DNA of 51,825 bases, the filler included, from Squatina squatina (Eukaryota), in assembly GCA_031763465.1 (NCBI GenBank). It is 3 parts of 3 records of this genome, joined end to end, with 100 filler letters (N's around TTAATTAATTAA, not from the genome) between each part and the next. Parts side by side here need not be neighbours in the genome. Positions count along the whole stretch, not along the records: positions 38,841 to 51,825 come from JARFOE010956886.1; 2 more parts are not named here. One strand, given 5' to 3'. Shown here piece after piece: positions 38,841 to 48,869 of this stretch. Position 1 is the stretch's first letter. Each line of letters opens with the position of its first letter. The notes beneath the pieces are model-generated. The model was not told the DNA's origin. It made no database searches and saw only the letters and a program-made list of their open reading frames with translations. The position numbers and the translations under genes were made by a program.

Positions 38841-38983
38841 GAAGACAGAACCAAAGTAGTTATTCAATTGGTCTGCCATTTCTTTGTTCCCCATGATCAA
38901 TTCACCTGTTTCTGACTACAAGGGACCTACATTTGTCTTCACTAATCTTTTTCTCTTCACATATCTATAAAAGCTTTTGCAGT
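38841..38983 (-). mobile_element. CR1 LINE ORF2 fragment
   Basis: Minus strand CKSFYRYVKRKRLVKTNVGPL*SETGELIMGNKEMADQLNNYFGSVF, matching the CR1 K.F..YV......GPL...A..LN.YF.SVF motif. One stop. Confidence 0.92.
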
Positions 38984-41900
38984 GATATAAGTGCTCTAAT
39001 TCTCGTATTGACCCAGTGGCTCTACCAGTGATATCCTTGCTCTAATTCTAATATTCACACATTGACTGTAACTCTGATATCATTGCACCAATTCTAGTAT
39101 TGACACATTGACTGTAGCTGTGACATCAGTGCTCTAATTCTAATATTCACACATTAACTGTAACTTTGATATCATTGCTCTAATTCTAGTATTGACGTAT
39201 TGACTGTACCTGTGCTATCAGTGCTCTAATTCTTGTCTTGAAAAAAATGACAGTGCCTGTGACAGCCTTGCACTAATTCTAATATTCACACATTGACTGT
39301 ACCTTTGACATCATTGCATCCAATTCTAGTATTGACACATTGACTGTACCTGTGACATCATTGCTCTAAATCTAATATTCACACATTGACTGTACCTGTG
39401 ATATCATTGCTCTAATTCTTGTATTGGCATATTGAATGTACCTGTGATATTAGTGCTCTAATTTTGAAGTTCACACATTGACTGTACCTCTGACATCATT
39501 GCATCCAATTCTAATATTGACGCATTGTCTGTACCTGTGATATCTGTGCTCTAATTCTAATATTCACACTTTGACTGTACCTGTGATATCATTGCTCTAA
39601 TACTAGTATTGACACATTGACTGTACCTGTGACATCAGTGCTCTATTTCTAATATCCACACATTGACTGTAGCTGTGATATCATTGCTCTAATTCTTGTA
39701 TTGACATATTGAATGTACCTGTGATATCAGTGCTCTAATTCTGAAGTTCAAACATTGACTGTACCTGTGATATCATTGCTCTAATTCTGGTATTGACGCA
39801 TTGACTGTACGTGTTATATCAGTGTTGTGCTTCTAATATTCACATATTGACTGTAGCTGTGATATCCATGCTCTCACTGTAGTATTGACGGGCTGACTGT
39901 ACCTGTGATATCAGTGCTCTTATTCCAGCATTGACACATTGACGCTACCTTTGATATCAGTGCTCTAATTCTAATATACACACATTGACTGTACCTGTGA
40001 TATCAGTGCTCTAATTATAGTATTGACACATTGGGTGTTCCAGTGACATCAGTGCTCTCATTCTAATATTCACAGATTGACTGCATCTGTGATGTCAGTG
40101 AACTGACTCTAATATGCACACATTGACCGTACCAGTGATATCAGTTCTCTAATTCTAATTCTCATAGATTGACTGTAGCGGTGTTATCAGTGCTCTAATT
40201 CTAATATTCACATATTGACTGAACTTGTCATATCAGTACTCTAACTCTAACATTCACACGTTGACTGTGCCTGTGATAACAGTTCTCTAATTCTAATATT
40301 CACACATTGACTGTCCCTGTGATCTCATTGCTGTAATTCTAGTATTGACACACTGACTGTACCTGTGACATCAGTGCTCTAATTCGAATGTTCTCACATT
40401 GACTGTTCCTGTGATATCAGCATTCTAATTCGAATAGTCACACATTGACTGAACCTGTGTTATCATTGCTCTAATTCTAGTATTGACACATTGACTGTAC
40501 GTTTCATATCACTGTTCTACTTTAATATTCACTTATTCACTGTACCTGTGATATCTGTGCTCTAATTCTAGTATTGACGGATTGAGTGTACGTATGATAT
40601 CAGTGCTCTTATTCTAATATTCACAGATTGGCTGTATCTGCGACGTCAGTGCTCTGACTCTAATATGCACACATTGACCGTACCAGTGATATCAGTTCTC
40701 TGATTCTAATTTTCATAGATTGACTGTACTTATGTTATCAGTGCTCTAGTTCTAATATTCACATATGACTGGTCTTGTCATAGCAGTGCTCTAACTCGAA
40801 CATTCACACTTTGACTGTACCTGTGATATCAGTGCACTACTTCTAATATTCACACATTGCCTGTAGCTGTGATATTTTTGCTCTAATGCTAGTATTGACA
40901 CATTGACTGTACATGTGATATCAGAGCTCTAATTCTAGTATTCACACATTGAATCTACCTTTGATATCAATGCTCTAATTCTAATATTCACACATTGACT
41001 GCACCTGTGATTTCANNNNNNNNNNNNNNNNNNNNNNNNNNNNNNNNNNNNNNNNNNNNNNNNNNNNNNNNNNNNNNNNNNNNNNNNNNNNNNNNNNNNN
41101 NNNNNNNNNNNNNNNGTGATATCAATGCTCTAATTCTAGTATTGACACTTTGACTGCACCTGTGATATCAGTGCTCTAATTCTAATATTCACCGATTGAC
41201 TGTACCTGTGACATCAGTGCTCTAACTCTAACTTTCACACATTGACGGTACCATTGATATCAGTGCTCTAATTCTGATTTTCACACATTGACTGTAGCTA
41301 TGATATCAGTGCTCTAATTCTAATATCACATATTGATTGAATATGTGAAATCAGTGCTCGAACTCTAATATTCACACACTGAATGTGCCTGTGATATCAG
41401 TGCACTAATTCTAATATTCAAAGATTGAATGTTTCTGTGACATCAGTGCTCTAATTCTAGTATTACCACATTGACTGTACCTGTGATATCATTGCTGTAA
41501 TTCTAATATTCACACATTGACTGTACCTGTGATATCAGTGCTCTAATTCTAATATTCACAGATTGACTGTACCTGTGACATCAGTGCTCTAACTCTAATA
41601 TTCACACATTGACATTACCATTGATATCAGTGCTCTAATTCTAATTTTCACACATTGACTGTAGCTATGCTATCAGTGCTCTAATTCTAATATTCACGTA
41701 TTGAATGGATGTGTGAAATCAGTGCTCTAACTCTAATATTCACACACTGAATGCGCCTGTGTTATCAGTGCACTAATTCTAATATTCACACATTGACTGT
41801 TCCTGTTACATCAGTGCTCTAATTCTAGTATTACCGCATTGACTGTACCTGTGATATCATTGCTCCAATTGTAATATTCACACATTGACTGTACCTGTGA

Positions 41901-42420
41901 TATCAGTGCTCTAACTCTAATATCCACGCCTTGTTTGCACCTGTGATATCAGTGCTCTAATTCTAATGTTCACAGATTTACTGTGTCTGTGAGATCAGTG
42001 CTCCAACTCTAATATTCATATATTGACAGTGCCTGTGATATCAGTGCTCCTATTCCACAATTCACACATTGACTGTCCCTGTGATATCAGTGCTCTAATT
42101 CCAATACTCACTCATTGACAGGACCTGTGATACCAGTGATCTAATTCCAATATTCACACATTGAACCTACCTGTGATATCAGTGCTCTAATTCCAATATT
42201 CACACATTGACAGGACCTGTGATACCAGTGATCTAATTCCAATATCCACACATTGACTGAACCTGTGATATCAGTGCTCTAGCTCCAGTATTGGCACATT
42301 GACTGCACATGTGATATCATTGCTCTAATTCTAGTATTGACATATTGACTGTACCTGTGATATCAGTGCTCTAATTCTAATATTCACGCATTGACTGTAC
42401 CTGTGATATCAGTGCTCTAA
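38982..42420 (+). repeat. 46-bp tandem satellite array
   Basis: Consensus GTGATATCAGTGCTCTAATTCTAATATTCACACATTGACTGTACCT. Period 46 (e.g. CTGTACC at 41521 and 41567). Contains a 100-N gap at 41016-41115. Confidence 0.95.
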
Positions 42421-45250
42421 TGTCGATATTGACACACTGACTGTACCTGTGATAAATGTGCTGCAATGCTGGTATTCCCTCAAAGAATGCACCTGTGAGA
42501 TCAGTGCTGTGATTCTAATAGTTACTGCGACTGTAGCAATTACATCAGTGCTGGCATTTTTTATTTGCTCTCTGTGTCGAACTGTGACATGAGTGCTGTA
42601 CTACAGCTTTTGCTCACTGCCAATTACTGCGATATCAGTGCTGTAATTCTGATATTTACACACTGTCTGTAACTGTGTTATCATTGCTGAAACTCTGACA
42701 TTCACACAGTGAATATACTTGTGGTATCAGCCTTGTAATTCTTATATTACATCGCCTGAAATATCAGAACTGGTTTAGTAATATTTACACTGTTACTACC
42801 TATGATATCACTGTCGAAATTCGGACTTTCACACGTTGACTGCGCATGTAAAATCGGTGCTGAATTCTGATATCACAGTGACTTTACTACTGATATCGGT
42901 CCTGTAATTGAGATATGTACACAGAGCCTCTGATATCGGTACTGTAATTCTAATATTTGCACACAGCCTGTATATGTGACAACAGTGCTTCAAGCAGCTT
43001 TTTACACACAAACATTTCCTTTGTTAGCAGTGCTGTGTTTTTGATATTGATATTGTAACCGTGATATAAGTGTTGTATTCTTGTATTGTGATCTGCATGT
43101 GATAGCAGTTCAAAAATTCTGATATTTACTCACTGACCGTTCCTGTGATAACAGTTCTCTAATTCTCATAATTAAACTGACCATACGTGTGATATCAGTT
43201 CTCTAATTATGCTAATTACAGTGACTGTAGGTGTGATATCAGTGCTGTAATTCTGGTATTTACACAGGGACTGTACAAGTGGAATCAGTGTCATAATTCA
43301 GATATTCACACAGTGACTATTCCTGCGATATAAGTGTTGTAATTCTCATATTTACACAGAGCCTGCACCTGTGATGGTGCTGCTGACATTTTGATAATTA
43401 AACACTGATCATACGTCTGATATCACATCTGCAATTTTATTATTCCCACACGGATTTTATGTGTTATTTCAGCGCAGTGAATTTGATATTTACAGTCATT
43501 ATACGTGTGATATGAGTGCTGTTATTATCCTATTTTCAGTGAAAAAAGCTGATCTATCAATGCTTGAATTGTGACATTCATGCACTGGCCATATATATGA
43601 CATCCCTGTTGTATTTCTGAGATTTAGATTAACTCTACCTGTGATATGAATGCTGTAACTCTGGTACTGATAGAAACTGTACCTATGGCATCAGTGCTGT
43701 AATTCTGATATTAATTAAATCACAGTACCTGTGATATCAGTGCTGTGATTCTGATAGTAATAAAATCAATGTACCTGTGATATCAATGCTGTACTTCTGG
43801 TGTGTAACCTGTGACTGCACCTGTGATTTTGGTCTTTAATTCTGTGAAATCAGTGCTGTAATCATGATATTTGCACACTTAAAATGCATGTGACATCACA
43901 GTCTTAATTCTGTTGTTCGCACTTTGAAAGTACATGTAAAAGCAGTACTGTAATTCTGATATTTACAATGACTGTAGGTATCAGTGTGATAACTCTGATA
44001 ATTACAATGGCTTTACATGTAATATCAGTGCTGTAACTCTGATATTCACATTGACTGTACGTGTGATATCACGGCTGTAATTCTGGTATTTATACAGTGA
44101 CTTGAATCTGACATTTGCAGTGAGCGTACCTGTGATATGAATGCTGTAATTCCAATATTTACACACAGATCATAATTGTCATTTCACTGCTGCAATTCTG
44201 AAACTCACACAGTGAATATACCTGTGACATCAGTAGTATAATTCTGATATTCACACTCAGTAATCACCTGTGACTCAGAGCTGTAATAATATTTACAGTG
44301 ACAGCAGCTGTTATATGAGTGTTATAAATTGGATATTCACACATTAATTGTACCTGTGATATGAATGCTGTGTTTGTTATATGTAATCTGTGATTGCACA
44401 TCCAACATCAGTGTTTAATTCTGACATTTAGACAATGGGCATAGCTGCAATATCAGTGACTGTACCTGTGTGGTAACAGTGCTGTGACTTTGATATATAA
44501 GGATACGTTACCTCTGATATCAAAGATATAATTTTGAAATTAACAGTGACTGTGCATGTGATAGCTGTGAGAAACCCCTGTTTTGACAGCAACTGTATGC
44601 ATGATATAAATTATGTAATTATGATATTTACAGTTACTGAATCTCAAATTTACAGTGAGCATACCTGTGATATGAGTGCTGTCATTCCGATTTTTACACA
44701 CAGATTATAATTGTTATTTCATTGCTGAAATTCTGACATTCACGTGGTGCATATACCTGTACTATCAGTGCTATAATTCTGATATTCACACACTGACATC
44801 TCCTGTGGACCAGAGCTGTAATAATAATACTTACAGTCACCGCACCTGTGATATCAGTACTAACATTTAGTTTTTCACATATTGACTGTACCTGTGATAT
44901 CAATGCTGTATTTCATATTTCTAATCTGTGACTACATCTCTGATATTGCTCCTTAATTCTGATACTTACAGTGTGTGAATAGCTGTGATATCAGTGCTGT
45001 CATTTTGGTAATCAACCTCTGGTTTTGACTGGAATATCAGTGCAGTAATCTGATGTTCATTCACCGACTGTACATGTGACCTCAGTGCTGTAATTCTGAT
45101 ACTTACAGGAAATGTACATGTGACATCGGTGCTTCAATAAAAAATATTTACCGTGACTGTCCTGTGATATTGGGATTGTAATTCGAACATGCACACATTG
45201 AGTGTACCTGTGATATCAATGCTGTATTTCCGCAATATAACCTGTGACTG
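42421..45250 (+). repeat. Degenerate zone of the same satellite (44-46-bp units with indels)
   Basis: Units approximate GTGATATCAGTGCTGTAATTCTGATATTTA(CA)CAGTGACTGTACCT, with many substitutions and deletions. Confidence 0.9.
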
Positions 45251-46253
45251 TGGTTAGAGATCAGCTCCTGGTTCAAACCAAATATATGGGTACATTGTGT
45301 TTATTCAGAGTTCAGGACAGAATATTAAACATGAGTTATGCAGCAAAAGCATATGACATTGAGAAGTTGGTGGTGAAAGTCCTCTGGCTTATCCTCTTGT
45401 AACGAAAACAAAAGTGATTGACTTCAATGAGTGGAGTCCACTCTCGAAGAGGCGCTCAACCAGCTCACTCTTGTGTCTCGCTCTCTCTCCTTTGTGTCTC
45501 TGTCCTGTTTCAATCTGTCCTTATGTTTTGTCTATTTGATTCTCTTTTTAGAGGTGGGCCTGGGATCAATTTATTGACAAGCTATTCAATCTACAGATGT
45601 TCCCTTGTAAACTCACCAGCCAATAGTTGTCTTGGCTCTTTGTCAAAGCCCTGCCTAATGGAATCCATCACATGTCTTTTTTGCTCATTATATTTTGATG
45701 GCCATACTCTCTCAAACCTTCATTTGAAACCTTTCGAAGTGCAAACTCTTGTTATTTCCTGCAAACTGCCTACTCTGAAATTAATAGCTGAAAGATACCA
45801 ACCACAGAGACTTCATTCTTCATGTGTGGACGTAGTTGTTCATGTCTCAGCACCTGGCCAGCAGGTATGGTACACCATCTCATTTCTCACATGTTGTATC
45901 TTGAAGTGAATCATTAAATTCTGCTGTATTCTTACCCGCTAATTAAAATACATACAATAAGTTTATACACAGCATAGTTAAGCCATTATTGTTGTCTAAA
46001 TTAAACTAATTCAAAAAGTCCAAACTTAAAAGGTAATAGAGTTCTCAGCCTGGCATGGCTGAGCTCATGGGTCATTTTCTCAGGCCTATCAGTGGAAGGT
46101 GGGCTGCGTTTCTAATGTAATTTCAGTGAAACTGACTCGAAACCTAACATAGATTCTAACACAGATCTTCCCAGGCAAATGAAATCTAAAGCCCAACAGA
46201 GATTAACCTGTACATGCAACTAAAAAGATTTAAAGTATCCTTAATTTGTGACA
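45249..46253 (-). mobile_element. Putative 3' LTR (~1 kb) of an LTR retroelement/ERV
   Basis: Minus strand starts TG (46253-46252) immediately after a polypurine tract AAGGTGGGGAA (46264-46254) and ends ...CTAACCACA at the satellite boundary. AATAAA at 45305-45300. No second LTR in the window to confirm. Confidence 0.6.
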
Positions 46254-48600
46254 TTCCCCACCTTGAGAGGATGAAAAATGTATTTCGACTTCTCAGGTTC
46301 GATTTTGTATGCATTGTGCCAGCGCTAAATTGCTTGTTTGACTTTCCCCTTTCTTACATTCCATTACTTTGAGGGGAGGAGCAACCTCCGACCCCTTACT
46401 CAAATTCAATTCAAAGTTTTTGTTTTGCAATTCTTCCCAGTCTGGGGTCTCCTCTGTTTCTTCTATCTTTCTGGATCTTACCACACCTGGGGTCTCCTCT
46501 GCTCCATCTCGGATCTTTTCTTTTGATATGCTCATTTTTTCAGTGCTGTTTATTCATAGGCAGGATCTCTCAATTTGCTTCTGCATCAACATATTACACG
46601 GTACAAATATATCACATACACTCTCATTAGAAGTTGGAGAACTACCAGAGCATGTGTACTAGTACAAACCTCTGTTTGTGCTGATATATTAAGGCCAATA
46701 TCCCAAAATTGTGAATCTGCTTTCAATGGGAGAGATCCTGCTGAAACCGTAAACATGGTAACCACAGTAGTAGTGACAAAGGTGTCAATGCCAGAACCAC
46801 CTCATACTGAATTCATATTGGCTTTTCCCACGCTCTGTTAGCTGGAAAAAAACATGATAGGAGTTAAAGTTACAATTCAGTCTCAGAATCTTTAGCACTT
46901 CAACTAAGTACATAACTTTCTAAGCAACAAAGATGCAGGCAAAGAAAACAGACATTGTAAAAAAATAGAAGCGTAACATCTAACCAACGGGTCATGGACT
47001 TAAAATAGTCTCCTGGTCTCACTTCGAATTGTATCCAGCTTGTCGATAATTCTTGCTAATTATTTTCGACCAAACCTTCAATTGTACCAATCAAAATCTT
47101 CATCACTTTTTACTTATTTCCGCTTCCAGTTACCAGGGTGTTGAATCTCTTCTGATTGTTTCATTAAATTGATAATTTTTCGATGCAGTACGTCAATGCT
47201 TTAAACGGAGCCTCTTCCTCCTGAGCCTCATTAACCATTTCAATCCTTGCTTTTGTTAAGCAACTGAGCATGTCTGTGGCCCGTTCTTCAGAGTAAATTC
47301 ACCATGCATTTCTGGATGGTAATTGCTTCCTACATTAAAAAATTACGTTTGCACACTCACACCAATATCCCAATATCATGCCACACAGGCCATCCGATCG
47401 AAGCCATTCTCGGACTTTCAATTGATCTGATCAAAATATTGCCTGGAAATGTTTGCTCATTTTCCACTGCAAGTTTCAAGTGTCTCGGGTACTGACCAGG
47501 ATATCAATGCAATCTTATTAAAACAGTTCACAGGCAACAATACAAATGTCTCCAAGAGAATGTTATCCATTTATTTTTCACTACACTTTGCTGACTTTGA
47601 CGAGAAAAAATAGGTTCGATGGTGTAATTTTCCTGTTTCCATCTTGCATCTTGAGTGGGGCATCCCATTAAATACTATGAATTTTCATGATCTCTAAGAT
47701 AATTTACTGTCCAGTTTCAACTTGGTCGATGTTATCAACACATTAAAAAAATCTTTTTCAGCCCTTTCATTCTGCAGAGTCTATTTTATAATTTTAAGCT
47801 GATCACAAAGCCAAACAGCACTATTGTTGCACTGACAGGTTTTGTCAATATTCAATTTTAATTCCACACAACCTTTCTCTCTTGATACATAGCAATTGGC
47901 AAGACCACCTATACTTTTCTCAACTAGTTCCTTTGAATGACAATTTGACTCATCCATTAAACTTCAGTCAGATTTTTCCTTCTCGAGTGCTTGAAACCAC
48001 AACTCCTCAATTTTATTGATCATCAATTTAACTTATCAATTCCAAATTCAGAAACAATTGACTGCCAGGCTTGGTAGTTGACATTAATCTTTCGAGGATT
48101 AGAGACAGGACTGCTCGAGATTCTTTACAAAGTAAATCGACGCCCCACCTCGAGTATTCTGTCTCTCAAAGAAGACAGAATTTTCGATTAAACTCCAATT
48201 GTTTTAAAACGTTCACACTTTTAAAAAGGTTTCAAAACCCAGTGTTCCAGAAGAACCAAGATGTTTAACACACAAAATTAATTCAATTGTCTCAATATTC
48301 CAATTCAAATCATGTGAGACTGTATTTCACAATTTAAGAAAGTTAGTTAACATCAATACTTCCAATTCGATTCAGACCAATTATATCAGCACAACTAAAC
48401 ATAGAGCAGATAAAATAAAACCAAAAAAAACACAGGCAGTTAATTATATTTCTCTTTTTTTCCTGATATCCTCCCAAATGATTGTGAACAAATACTGAAT
48501 ATAACTTTTAGAAATAAGTTTTCACATTTACGAAACATACACATCCGACATGAACAAGGCAAAAAAGCAAAGCTTCCCAAGCTTGCAGCTTTGAAACATT
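46254..48600 (-). mobile_element. Internal region of the LTR element (non-autonomous/deleted, unassigned ORF relics)
   Basis: Unique sequence between the PPT and the SINE. Splice-acceptor-like TTTTTTTCCAG ending at 46842. Interrupted reading frames at 48023-47694 and 46805-46293. No RT, integrase or protease motif recognised. Confidence 0.45.
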
Positions 48601-48612
48601 CATAGGGGACTC

Positions 48613-48869
48613 GATGGCATTGTGGTTAATTTGCAAGATTATTAATCCTGAGGCTTGGACTGTTGATCCAAAGACGTGACTTCAAATCCCATCACAACTG
48701 TAAAATCGAAATGCAGTTAATTAAAAACAATCTGGAATAAAAAAGCTCGTGACATTAATAGTAATCATAAAACTATTGGATTGTCATTAAAAACACATCT
48801 GCTTCACTAATGTCCAGTAGGGATGTGAATCTGCCATCCTTATCTGGTCTGGCCTCGGTGTGACTGCAG
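48613..48869 (+). mobile_element. tRNA-derived SINE, 3'-truncated
   Basis: A-box-like TGGCATTGTGGT (48615-48626); B-box-like GACTTCAAATCC (48678-48689); body TTCACTAATGTCC..TAGGGA..AATCTGCCATCCTTATCTGGTCTGGCCT, recalled as a common shark SINE. Confidence 0.75.

Noticed and set aside
42700-44700. CACAGTG heptamers as V(D)J recombination signal sequences
   Set aside because: The heptamer is part of the satellite unit. I saw no ACAAAAACC nonamer at 12/23 spacing and no V, D or J segments.
45418-45909. 163-aa plus-strand ORF as a membrane protein gene
   Set aside because: It lies antisense within the putative LTR, starts at TTG and has low-complexity Leu/Ser/Cys composition from CT-rich sequence. 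No recognisable domain.
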